Below are positions 9,776-19,428 of a stretch of 64,000 nt of DNA, in pieces. Numbering within the stretch: the first letter of the stretch is position 1; every line of letters begins with the position of its first letter. The notes beneath the pieces were generated by a model, which was not told the DNA's origin, did no database searches, and saw nothing but the letters and a program-made list of their open reading frames with translations. Origin of the DNA: Gammaproteobacteria bacterium (GTDB taxonomy: Bacteria; Pseudomonadota; Gammaproteobacteria; Ga0077536); contig CAXXLL010000002.1 in assembly GCA_963662545.2 (NCBI GenBank), forward strand, positions 576,001 to 640,000. The letters run 5' to 3'. A program made the position numbers and the translations under genes.

Positions 9776-10971
9776 TGTTGGTGGCGAATTAAGCGTTATG
9801 CGGCCACAGGTAGCTGATAAAGCCCGCCGCAGTAGTTTTCCCACCGATATTCATCCAGACGGACGACTGGCGGTTCGGCTCTTGCCGATGCTACGTCCGG
9901 CGTGGCGCCATCCAACGCCCGGTGAACTCGCACGCGATTGTAGTATTCCCGAAAATTACGAAGCTTCTGCTGCAGATCATGGGCGTTCCAGAACGGCACG
10001 AAATCGAGGAATTCGCGCCGAACGGTGCCGATCAATCTCTCGACGAACGGATGAGATAAGGGTACGTATGGGACAGTCTTTATCTCCGTTACTTCGAGGA
10101 TCCGCAGGTTTGCCTTCCAGCGGTGGAACTCGAACAACGGATCGTTGTCACTGCTGAGATACCGGGGTAGGGCTCCTAATCCGGCAGTCGCCTCGTTGAA
10201 CATGCGGCAAGCCGCGGGTCCATCGACCACCCCGGCATGAACGGCGAAGCCGATAATCCGCCGAGTGAATTGGTCCATGACGACCATCACCCAGTGGGTA
10301 TTTATGATCAGCGATTCGCACCGAAATAAATCAACGCTCCAGAGGCTGTCCTTTGTGTGCCCGAGGAACGTCAGCCAACTCGGACCACCAGAACCCGGCC
10401 CCGGATGGTAGTGCTTGGCCAGTACACGACGCACCACGTCCTTATCGATCTGCACGCCGAAGACAAACGAAATCTGCTCGGCGATCCGCCGGCAGCCAAA
10501 GCGTGGATTACTCAGTTTCATCTCAACGATCGCGGCGATCAGCTGGGGAGAAGGTCCTTTCGGACCTGGCTTTCCACGGTGTTTAGGCGTAAACAGCAAT
10601 CGATATTTCCGCTTCACGAGGGCTCGGTGAAAGCTCATGATTGTGGAGGGTTTTAGCACGATACCAGAACGCACGACCCGGGCTGGGCGCATGAAGCAAG
10701 CACAGAGTCCAGCTATGACTCGGTCCATGGCGCGCAGGTTCGGCGCGCGCTCGCGCGAGCGATTGAGAATCAGCAATTGGTGTTTGACCAGGAGCGATTC
10801 GGCGACCACCGATCGGACGCCGCCCGGACCTAGTAATTTGGCGATCGTCACCATGAGATGGATGAGTAGGAAAATCCCTTCTCGCATCCCATTATCGTAT
10901 CCAGCTAGGCGACGCTGACAAGACTAGGAAATTGCACTCTTTCTGTTCAAAATTGGAATTCGCCACCCACA
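9776..10971 (-). mobile_element. IS with rve integrase-core transposase (IS481/IS3-like), copy A
   Basis: 15-bp IRs TGTTGGTGGCGAATT and AATTCGCCACCCACA around a 363-aa ORF. Confidence 0.85.
9796..10887 (-). CDS. integrase-core (DDE) transposase
   Basis: WSVDLF, LSSDND, PFVERLIGTVRRE, YYNRVRVH; N-terminal HTH (NPRFGCRRIA). Confidence 0.9.
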   Translation of the reverse strand: MREGIFLLIHLMVTIAKLLGPGGVRSVVAESLLVKHQLLILNRSRERAPNLRAMDRVIAGLCACFMRPARVVRSGIVLKPSTIMSFHRALVKRKYRLLFTPKHRGKPGPKGPSPQLIAAIVEMKLSNPRFGCRRIAEQISFVFGVQIDKDVVRRVLAKHYHPGPGSGGPSWLTFLGHTKDSLWSVDLFRCESLIINTHWVMVVMDQFTRRIIGFAVHAGVVDGPAACRMFNEATAGLGALPRYLSSDNDPLFEFHRWKANLRILEVTEIKTVPYVPLSHPFVERLIGTVRREFLDFVPFWNAHDLQQKLRNFREYYNRVRVHRALDGATPDVASARAEPPVVRLDEYRWENYCGGLYQLPVAA

Positions 10972-11034
10972 CCAATTCGTGACCGTCGGATTGGACACAT
11001 CGAGCTTTCTGGCAATCGCGCTGTTAGACAGCCG

Positions 11035-11080
11035 GTGGGTGGCGAATTCCTATTCATGCGGCGATGGGAGTCTGAAAGGT
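11035..11080 (-). mobile_element. isolated right-end fragment of the same IS family
   Basis: GTGGGTGGCGAATTCCTATTCATGCGGCGATGGGAGTCTGAAA is the reverse complement of the end of copy C (about 20582-20624). Confidence 0.8.
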
Positions 11081-11189
11081 GCTAACAAGTTAAGTTGGAT
11101 TTAAAGAATAATCGCCGCATGATCCGATCAAAATCAATGTACGAGCGGTATCGATTGCCTGCCCCTCCTAAATATTTGTCCGGGTTGAT

Positions 11190-11525
11190 TTAGCAGGGAG
11201 TGTTAAAGTTCCGATTCCCTGATAATTCCCTGTTAACTTCCGACTCGTTTTGTCGTAGGGTGCCGTAACGCGCTATTAACGCAGGATATTTATAAAGCAC
11301 AGCTGGATTTTCTGGCGGAAATCGAAAGATATTCCCTGTATTTTCCCTGTAAACAGGGGAGAGCAGTTCGCACCAGACTCCCCCCACCGCCATAATATTC
11401 AGTAACCTTCTGTCTTTACTGAACAAATGTCCGTGCGGCCAAACTCTACCCACGTCTCTACCCACAACTCGATCGCTCAAACGCGCTGAACAGACCACGC
11501 AGAACCGGCTTCGATCGTGGGTAGG
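11190..11525. other. putative attachment-site region of an integrative element
   Basis: Clustered TTCCCTG(T/A) and CAGGG motifs, tRNA-3'-like GTTCG..CCCCACCGCCA ending at 11392, then CTCTACCCAC twice (11444, 11456) and inverted GTGGGTAG (11517). Confidence 0.45.
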
Positions 11526-12599
11526 GGCGGTGACCTCGGCACGGAAGGCCCAGTATCAGGAACGCCTCGATCGAGGCCTCCACGTTGTTCGCGCGTAGCG
11601 ACCTGTCACCTGAGGAGGAACTCGTTCAGATTACGATTCCGAGCCCCACCGGAATGGTAATACCCGGCTCGACACGAATTGCCTCGTGTATCGCGATACG
11701 ATGTGTCGGACTAGCTCGATGATCTGCCCGGGCGCCGCTGGATACGACCTCACGGACAATTCGAATGGCGATTATCGATGACCAAGGATTCGGCTGACGG
11801 GCTACACTTATAGTTAGACGGACGCCAACAAAACTCACACAATGGCCCAAGCATAGCCGCGTGGTTTTACGACCCCTTGGAGGCCATCCAGATGATAAGC
11901 ATCATCGTTTTCTCTTCGTCATCTTCTGCTCCTTTTCTCATCAGAACTCTAATACAGTAGATTTCAACTTAGCAGTACCGATCAGCTGTCCAATCAATCG
12001 GGTCCACCTCTTTATACGTCGAGTTGGAGTTAATGTGACAAAAACGCTGTCGCTGCGCCGCTGCATCAGCCTTTTCAACTCAAGGTGAGACATTGGCCGC
12101 AAAATATGCGAGTCTGTTACGGTTCGTCGGCCGTCTTATCTGCTGGGTAGGCTTTCACGACTTTCGCGTCTTCGACGTGACGTTCGGCTTCGGTGAAGTC
12201 GGCAGCGTTGAGCGGATCGAGTGCCGGCGCTGCGGATTGATGAGGACTCGCCAGGTATGACCCGGTCCAAACCGGGACGGTCCCCCGCAAGCGCGTCCGT
12301 TTTGTCTTAAGTCTTTTCCGTCTAGCGTGCCCGAGTCGGAAGTGTGCGGATGACACGGGGTCGCCGCCGTTTACGATCAGCGCTTGTCCGTCGATCCCTC
12401 CCGCGCACGGTACGATCCGGCCTCGCACGAGGTCGCCGTCGAGTTCCACAAACAGGTCGGTGCGGTGGAACGCGATTTTATCGCGCCGGTAGCGCCGCGC
12501 TGTAGCCGGATGTTAAGTCACTGACGCGCAACAGAAGAACATCGAAAACTCGGCGGCCCAAAGAAAGCCGAGTTCACCGTAGGAAGGAGGAACCAACAA

Positions 12600-13736
12600 A
12601 TGAAAAATATCAGAGTCGCAATCGCCGGAATCGGCAACTGCGCGAGCTCGTTGATTCAAGGGCTCGTGTACTACCGGACCCGTAAAGAGCAGGATTATGC
12701 CGGCCTCATGCACTCACGCATCGGCCAATGGCGCGTCGGCGACATCGACATTGTCGCGGCCTTCGACGTCGACCACCGCAAGGTGGGCAGATCGCTGGAG
12801 GAGGCGGTCTTCGCCAGGCCCAACTGCACTACGGTGTTCCAGCGCTCGCTGCCGGTCTCCGGCGTGAACGTTCAGATGGGACCCATTCTCGACGGCGTGG
12901 CTCCGCATATGGCGGATTATCCCGACGACGACGCCTTCCGGCCGGCGGAGCGCGAGCCAGTGGACGTGGTACAGGCGCTGGTTGACGCCGACGCCGAGAT
13001 CCTGGTGTGTTACCTGCCGGTAGGCTCGGAACAGGCAGTGCGCCATTATGCCGAGGCGTGCCTGACAGCGGGCGTGGCCATGGTTAACTGCGTGCCGGTG
13101 TTCATTGCCTCCGATCCGAAGTGGGCGCGGCGGTTTTACGATGCCGGCCTGCCGCTCATCGGCGACGACATCAAGAGCCAGGTCGGCGCCACCATCGTGC
13201 ACCGCTTGCTGACCCGCCTGTTTGGCGATCGTGGCGTGCAGCTCGACCGCACCTATCAGCTCAACACTGGCGGCAACACCGACTTTCTCAACATGATCGA
13301 GCGCAAGCGGCTGAAATCGAAGAAGCACTCCAAGACCGAATCGGTGCAGTCACAGTTAGATGAGCGGCTGGCTTCGGGCGACATCCACATCGGCCCCTCC
13401 GACTACGTGCCGTGGCAGGACGACAACAAGGTGGCCTTCATCCGCATGGAGGGGCGGGGTTTCGGGGATATACCGCTGGAGCTGGAGCTGCGGCTGTCGG
13501 TGCAGGATTCGCCCAACAGCGCGGGCGTGGTCATCGACGCAGTGCGCTGCGCAAAGCTCGGACTGGAGCGTGGACTGACGGGTCCGTTGGAGGAACCATC
13601 TGCGTATTACATGAAGAGCCCGCCGATACAGATGCGCGACTCGATCGCGTACACGCGGACGGAGGCCTTCATCCTCGGCAAGAGTGCCGAGGAGGGTGAG
13701 GATGAGCGCCTCGAGCAAGCCGTCGCGAGGGATTGA
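12600..13736 (+). CDS. ino1: myo-inositol-1-phosphate synthase
   Basis: GIGNCASS, YLPVGS, GDDIKSQVGATI, YQLNTGGNTDFLNM, KKHSKT, DSPNSAG; strong AGGAGG RBS. Confidence 0.96.
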   Translation: MKNIRVAIAGIGNCASSLIQGLVYYRTRKEQDYAGLMHSRIGQWRVGDIDIVAAFDVDHRKVGRSLEEAVFARPNCTTVFQRSLPVSGVNVQMGPILDGVAPHMADYPDDDAFRPAEREPVDVVQALVDADAEILVCYLPVGSEQAVRHYAEACLTAGVAMVNCVPVFIASDPKWARRFYDAGLPLIGDDIKSQVGATIVHRLLTRLFGDRGVQLDRTYQLNTGGNTDFLNMIERKRLKSKKHSKTESVQSQLDERLASGDIHIGPSDYVPWQDDNKVAFIRMEGRGFGDIPLELELRLSVQDSPNSAGVVIDAVRCAKLGLERGLTGPLEEPSAYYMKSPPIQMRDSIAYTRTEAFILGKSAEEGEDERLEQAVARD

Positions 13737-14610
13737 TCCCACCGCCGGTACCCCTTACGAGCAGCCGTCCACCACCGCTGATACGGCGCGCGTTCGAGTG
13801 GATCATCGCTCGGAGCACCTGTGGTTTGATCGACTCGCGGGCCTGCACCGCGCGGTGCGCGCGGCGGTGCTCGGATGTGGCCACGAGCGCACCGGGCTGA
13901 GCAACGCAAAGGGAGACGCGGTCAGGCGCTTCGATCTCGCCGCCAACGATGCGGCATTGTCATTTCTTGAGACGCTGGACGTGCCGCTGCTAGTTACATC
14001 CGAAGAGACCGAGCCGCGCCGGCTCGGCGTCGGCAGTCCTCGTCACCGGCTGGTGCTGGACCCGGTGGACGGCTCGGACAATTGGGCGCAGGACTTGCCG
14101 CTGTCGGCCGTGAGCTGCGCGGTGCTAGCGATGGATGCGCCCTTGCATCCGGACTTCGTCGAATGGGCGATGGTGGGCCCGCTGGACCGCGAAACGCCGC
14201 TGCTCGCAGGCCGGGGGGTCGGCGCCTGGTGCGACCAAACGCGACTCCAGACCTCTGCCGTGGATCGCATCCCCGATGCGGTGATCTCGGTGGAACTCAA
14301 TCATTTCGCTCCGCCTCCGGCCCTGTCGGGCACGATGGCGAAGGCGCGTGCAGTACGCAGCTACGGCTGCGCATCCGGCGCATTGGCCCTCATCGCCAGC
14401 GGGGCCAGCGACGCACACATCGACCTTCGAAGGAGGCTAACCGCGGAGAGCTACCTCGCCGCAGCGCGCCTGGTGCTCGAGGCGGGGGGCACGGTTTGCG
14501 CGCCCGACGGCGGGCCGTTGGCGAGCGCACGTGGCTTGACCGACCGCGTCGAATTAATGGCGGCTGCAAGTGAGGGCTTGTGCCAAGAGATCGCCGGATA
14601 CCTGTATTGA
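13702..14610 (+). CDS. inositol monophosphatase (FIG superfamily) protein
   Basis: SEE, LDPVDGSDN, RSYGCAS, AARLVLEAGG; overlaps the ino1 3' end; ATG 13702 follows an RBS. Confidence 0.88.
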   Translation: MSASSKPSRGIDPTAGTPYEQPSTTADTARVRVDHRSEHLWFDRLAGLHRAVRAAVLGCGHERTGLSNAKGDAVRRFDLAANDAALSFLETLDVPLLVTSEETEPRRLGVGSPRHRLVLDPVDGSDNWAQDLPLSAVSCAVLAMDAPLHPDFVEWAMVGPLDRETPLLAGRGVGAWCDQTRLQTSAVDRIPDAVISVELNHFAPPPALSGTMAKARAVRSYGCASGALALIASGASDAHIDLRRRLTAESYLAAARLVLEAGGTVCAPDGGPLASARGLTDRVELMAAASEGLCQEIAGYLY

Positions 14611-15983
14611 TGTCGCCACTTGAGCGTGCACCGCCGGCCCCGGAGGTCGCGGTGGTGCTTGCGGCCGGGCTGGGCGAGCGGCTTCGTGCGAGCACCGGCG
14701 AACCTAAGCCCTTGACTCGGGTGCTTGGCTTGTCGCTTGCCGAGCGGGTCATGTGCACCTTGCACGAGGCGGTCGATATCCGGCGCTTCGTCGTCACGGT
14801 TGGCCACGAGGCCGAGACCGTGCGCAGGCATTTCACTGACATCGCCCGGCACCGTGGCCTGGCGGTCGAGTTTGCCGAGGCGGAGGACTGGCAGCGGGGC
14901 AACGGTGCCAGCGCCCTCGCCGCCAGGGAGCGAACGGGTAAGCGGCCCTTCTTCCTGGTCATGAGCGACCATCTCTTCACGCCGGCGATCGCGCAGGCGC
15001 TGGTTAGCAACCCCCCAGCGCCCGGCGAAATGTGCCTCGCCGTGGACGGCGACAAGACCGTCGCCTTCGACCTCGATGACCTCACCCGGGTGCGCAGCGA
15101 CAATGGACGCATCACCGAGATCGAGAAGAATCTCGCGCCTTGGGATGCGGGCGACACCGGGGTGATGCTCTGCACTGCAGGCCTCTTCGAAGGGCTAGAG
15201 CGGGCGGCAGAGCAAGGCAAGCACGGGCTCTCCGACGGTGTTCGCGAGCTCGCGCGCGAGCGGCGTGCGCGGGTCGTCGACGTGAGCGGACGACCCTGGC
15301 TCGATGTGGACACGCCCGCGGCGCTACGCGAGGCCGAGCGCCGGTTGATGCGGGATGCAGGGGGCAAGCGCACCGATGGTCCGGTAGCGCGCTACCTCAA
15401 CCGGCCTCTCTCGCGGTGGCTGAGCCGCTATCTGGTGCGCACGCCCGTGACGCCGGTCCAGATCTCCGTGCTCTCATGCGTTCTGTCCTGTATCGCTGCG
15501 GTGCTCTTCGCGGTCGGCGGCTACCCGGCGCTCGCGGCCGGTGGAGCGATCGCGCAGTTCGCGTCGATCGTCGATGGCTGCGATGGAGAGGTGGCGCGGC
15601 TGAAACTGTGTCAGAGTGAATTCGGCGGCTGGTTGGACGCAATCTTCGATCGTTACGCCGACGCCTTTCTACTGTTCGGCCTGGCCTGGCACGAGTTCGC
15701 TGCCACCGGCACACACCTGTCTATAGTGATCGGCTTTGCGGCGATTCTGGGCTCGTACATGAACAGCTACACGGCGGACAAGTACGACGGGCTAATGGCG
15801 AGCAAGCTCGGCGGAGCGTCGTACATTCGACTGGGTCGCGATGTGCGGGTGTTCGTCATCTTTCTCGGTGCGCTCGCCAATCAGCCGCTGCTCACTCTCA
15901 TCGTGATCGCGCTGGTCATGAATGCCGAGGTGGGTCGCCGAATTTTCGCGTGTGCTCGCCAGTGGGCCGCGCCGGCAAACTGA
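14610..15983 (+). CDS. bifunctional inositol-1-P cytidylyltransferase / CDP-alcohol phosphotransferase (IPCT/DIPPS-like)
   Basis: LAAGLGERL..PKPL, MSDH, DTG, WLDVDT; then DGPVARYLNRPLS and the CDP-OH motif DGCDGEVAR..GGWLDAIFDRYAD; TGATG overlap with the IMPase gene. Confidence 0.92.
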   Translation: MSPLERAPPAPEVAVVLAAGLGERLRASTGEPKPLTRVLGLSLAERVMCTLHEAVDIRRFVVTVGHEAETVRRHFTDIARHRGLAVEFAEAEDWQRGNGASALAARERTGKRPFFLVMSDHLFTPAIAQALVSNPPAPGEMCLAVDGDKTVAFDLDDLTRVRSDNGRITEIEKNLAPWDAGDTGVMLCTAGLFEGLERAAEQGKHGLSDGVRELARERRARVVDVSGRPWLDVDTPAALREAERRLMRDAGGKRTDGPVARYLNRPLSRWLSRYLVRTPVTPVQISVLSCVLSCIAAVLFAVGGYPALAAGGAIAQFASIVDGCDGEVARLKLCQSEFGGWLDAIFDRYADAFLLFGLAWHEFAATGTHLSIVIGFAAILGSYMNSYTADKYDGLMASKLGGASYIRLGRDVRVFVIFLGALANQPLLTLIVIALVMNAEVGRRIFACARQWAAPAN

Positions 15984-16108
15984 TAAAAAGTGCCCAAGCG
16001 CGAATGAACTTTCCAACAATTGGATTCAGCCGATTCTGTAAACCTGGCAGCCTTTAGAAAGGCTACCCGATACGGTAGATTTTTAGAAATCTAACGAAGC
16101 AAGAGGAC

Positions 16109-16273
16109 CTAGTATGCCGTCCCGTAAATATGTTTCACAATTCGCTGGTTCTCTTTGCCCCTGACTGCGTTGCTCGTCCTTGTGTAGAGCCCGCTACACG
16201 GCGTCCTCGCGCCTTGCCAGGAACAAAAATTCCTGCGCGACTTATGAAACATATTTACGGGACGGCACACTAG
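16109..16273. mobile_element. MITE-like element with about 32-bp terminal IRs ending in CTAG
   Basis: CTAGTATGCCGTCCCGTAAATATGTTTCAcAA pairs with TTaTGAAACATATTTACGGGACGGCACACTAG; no credible ORF inside. Confidence 0.8.
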
Positions 16274-16720
16274 CGAACCCTTGATTAAGCAGCGATTACC
16301 AGCTTGAATGGGCGAGAGTTTGCGTCGTCCCGACAATTACGATGCATTTCTGCAGTCTTATTGTTTACTTTCGGTTCCATGCAGCACGACATGATGCGTT
16401 GCAGACGGATAACCCGCCTGTAGCTGTCATAGCCGTCCCGACACGATTTAGGGATTGGCCAATGCGCTTGTAACAAATAGCCGATTCAGGTTCTTACCCA
16501 AGGCGCGCGACCACACCTTGCGAATAGGCAAAAGCTGAATTCTAAAACCTCGCGCTACAGTTCACTTAAAGACTTCAAAGGGTGATTGCCAGTTTGGTAC
16601 TTTCCATGGTCGTCCGTTGAGCAGGTCTTGACGGCGTCCCCACGAGCGCGCCGGTCCGGTGACACCTGTGCTCGCAGACTGCTAATGTTCCGTTCGGTAA
16701 TTAGACCAGGAGGCTGACCC

Positions 16721-18895
16721 GTGACCAAGGCTACGGATAAGAAGAACCCTTCCAGGCATCCGCACAAGTGGCGTTTCTTTCGCTCCGGCGGATTCGATCA
16801 GGTCCGCCTAGAGAGTGGCGCCGATTTGCTCGCGCTGAATGAGCTCGATCCGAAGCTGTGGGCGGCGCTTAGCTGTCCGACTCACCGCCTGCACATGGAT
16901 GACGGAACACTGGAGTTGATGGACACGGATCGGGACGGGCGGATACGGGTGCCCGAAATCCTGGCGGCCGTACAGTGGGCTGGCTCGGTCCTCAAGAACC
17001 CGGACGATCTCACCGCTAGCGCCAGTTCACTGCCATTGTCGGCCATCGATGACAGCACCTCGGAGGGAGAGCAGCTGCTCGCTTGCGCCAAACGGATTCT
17101 CCTGAACCTTGGGAAACAAGATTCGCCGGTTATCACCACGGTGGACACGGCGGATACCGAAAAGATTTTTTCCGAGACCCGATTCAATGGTGACGGCATC
17201 GTTCCTCCAGGTTCCGCCGATGACCAGGAAACCCGGGCGATCATAGAGAATGTCATAACCTGTCTCGGCTCCGTGCAGGACCGCAATGGTGCGCCCGGTA
17301 TATCCCAGGAAATGCTCGACAAATTCTTCATCGAGGCCAGGGTCTACTCCGAGTGGTGGAGCGAGGCGGAACGCGAGCCGGACAACTTCCTGCCGTTCGG
17401 CGACGGCACTGGGGAGGCGGCGGCCGCCTTCGAGGCAGTCGAAGCCAAGCTGGATGATTATTTTACGCGTTGCCGTCTCGCCGAATTCGATCCACGCGCG
17501 GCTGGGCCGTTGAATCCCACACAGGAACAGTATTACGCGCTGGCGCCGAAGGAACTCTCGGCGGCGGCGGAGGAGATTGCCTCTTTCCCGCTGGCGCGCG
17601 TCGCGCCGAACAAGGCCTTGTCCCTGGAGGACGGCGTCAATCCCGCTTGGGCCGAATTGATCGGCAAGTTTCGCACGCGGGTCGTGACGCTCCTGTTCGG
17701 CAATACAGCCAGTATCGATGCCGGCCAGTGGGCAAGCCTGAGCGCCGGATTTGCTGCGCATAAGACCTGGATCAACGGCAAAGAAGGGGCTGCGGTCGAG
17801 TGCCTCGGGATCGAGAGGGTTCGCCAGCTCCTGGAGGGTGATGGTGAAGCGAAAGTCTCGGCGCTGATCGCCAAAGACAAGGCTCTCGAGTCGGAGGTGA
17901 ACGCCATCGCCTCGGTGGACAAGCTGATCCGCTATCATCGGGATCTGTTCACTCTGCTGAACAGCTTCGTATCGTTTCGCGACTTCTACACCCCTGGGGT
18001 CAAGGCCATCTTCCAGGCCGGCACGTTGTATCTCGACGGTCGCAGCTGCCAGCTCTGCCTCCGGGTGGACGATGTGGACAAGCACGCCAGTCTCGCCACT
18101 TTGAGCCGCGCCTATCTGGCCTATTGCGAATGCGTACGCAATGGGGACGCCGAGGAGACGATCAAAATCGTGGCCGCATTCACCGACGGCGATGCGGACA
18201 ATCTGATGGTCGGCCGCAACGGATTGTTCTATGACCGAGACGGCCGAGACTGGCATGCCACCATCATCAAGATTCTCGAGCACCCGATCAGCATTCAAGA
18301 GGCCTTCTGGGCACCGTACAAGCGAATCGGGCGAATCGTGAGTGAGCAGTTGGAGAAATGGGCGGCCGCCCGGGAAAAAGAAATCCAGGCCAAAACTGTC
18401 GAAGGGATTGCCATCGGCGAGAAGGGCGAGTCTTTGGCGGCGCCACCGTTCGATGTGGCCAAGTTCGCGGGCATCTTCGCTGCTATCGGTCTCGCCATCG
18501 GCGCCATCGGCACGGCCATCGCCGCGCTGGTAACAGGGTTTCTCACGTTGAGCTGGTGGCAGATGCCCGTGGCGCTGCTCGCCGTGGTGCTCGCGATCTC
18601 CGGCCCTTCGATGATCATCGCCTATCTCAAGCTGGGCAGGCGCAACCTGGCACCAATCCTCGACGCCAACGGCTGGGCGGTCAACACGCGCGCCCGCATC
18701 AATACGGCATTCGGCGCTTCGCTCACCGGCGTCATCGAATTGCCGGCAGGATGGGAGCGGGGGCTGCAGGATCCATATGCCAGGAGAAAAAAGGCATGGA
18801 TACGTTATGGTCTGATTCTGGCGTTACTGGTCGCGGCTGTGGCGCTCTGGCGCGGTGGTGTGCTCGCCCAGTGGTGGGAGCAGATCCGGCCCTGA
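16721..18895 (+). CDS. large hypothetical membrane-anchored protein with an EF-hand-like motif
   Basis: 724 aa, AGGAGG RBS; DTDRDGRIRVPE loop; three C-terminal hydrophobic segments. Confidence 0.85.
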   Translation: MTKATDKKNPSRHPHKWRFFRSGGFDQVRLESGADLLALNELDPKLWAALSCPTHRLHMDDGTLELMDTDRDGRIRVPEILAAVQWAGSVLKNPDDLTASASSLPLSAIDDSTSEGEQLLACAKRILLNLGKQDSPVITTVDTADTEKIFSETRFNGDGIVPPGSADDQETRAIIENVITCLGSVQDRNGAPGISQEMLDKFFIEARVYSEWWSEAEREPDNFLPFGDGTGEAAAAFEAVEAKLDDYFTRCRLAEFDPRAAGPLNPTQEQYYALAPKELSAAAEEIASFPLARVAPNKALSLEDGVNPAWAELIGKFRTRVVTLLFGNTASIDAGQWASLSAGFAAHKTWINGKEGAAVECLGIERVRQLLEGDGEAKVSALIAKDKALESEVNAIASVDKLIRYHRDLFTLLNSFVSFRDFYTPGVKAIFQAGTLYLDGRSCQLCLRVDDVDKHASLATLSRAYLAYCECVRNGDAEETIKIVAAFTDGDADNLMVGRNGLFYDRDGRDWHATIIKILEHPISIQEAFWAPYKRIGRIVSEQLEKWAAAREKEIQAKTVEGIAIGEKGESLAAPPFDVAKFAGIFAAIGLAIGAIGTAIAALVTGFLTLSWWQMPVALLAVVLAISGPSMIIAYLKLGRRNLAPILDANGWAVNTRARINTAFGASLTGVIELPAGWERGLQDPYARRKKAWIRYGLILALLVAAVALWRGGVLAQWWEQIRP

Positions 18896-19027
18896 GAGAT
18901 GCTCGGCCGGCACACGTAGAATCCACCCTGATCCGCGCGCTACGCGACGATGCGCTTCCCACACGCTTGGGATCGGCGCGGTTGAAGCTCGAAATCGACA
19001 AGCATCTCTGGGGCGACGCCGATCACC

Positions 19028-19428
19028 TGTCGGTGGCGAATTAACAGTCACGCCGCCGCGGGCAGCTGATATAGGCCACCACAATGGTTTTCCCATCGAT
19101 AATCGTCCAGCCGAGCGATCCGATGTTTCTTAGTCGAGGCCGGAACATCCGGTGTGAAGCCGTCCCGGGCACGGTGAACGCGCGAACAATTGTAGTATTC
19201 GTGAAAATCATGGAGCTTCTGCCGCAGATCATGGGCATTCCAGAAAGGCACGAAATCGAGAAACTCCCGACGGATGGTGCCGATCAAACGTTCGACAAAG
19301 GGATGAGATAAGGGGACGTATGGGACGGTCTTTACTTCCGCTATTTCAAGGACCCGAAAGTTCGCCTTCCAGTGATGGAATTCAAACAACGGATCGTTGT
19401 CACTGCTGAGATAGTGGGGTAGAGATCC
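19028..19428 (-). mobile_element. truncated copy B (3' third) of the rve IS, cut by copy C
   Basis: IR TGTCGGTGGCGAATT; encodes YLSSDNDP..ERLIGTIRRE..YQLPAAA*, close to the copy A C-terminus. Confidence 0.85.

Noticed and set aside
11320-11392. Intact tRNA gene
   Set aside because: Only a CCA-ending 3'-like segment with GTTCG; I could not build acceptor, D or anticodon stems.
17027-18298. Long antisense or alternative-frame ORFs (also 14390-15373, 1802-2470, 54225-54983 and many others)
   Set aside because: They are shadows of well-supported genes in GC-rich DNA and carry no motifs.
18905-19027. Possible DUF499-like defence ATPase fragment (LGSARLKLEIDKHLWGDADHL)
   Set aside because: About 40 codons of remembered resemblance, too weak to call.
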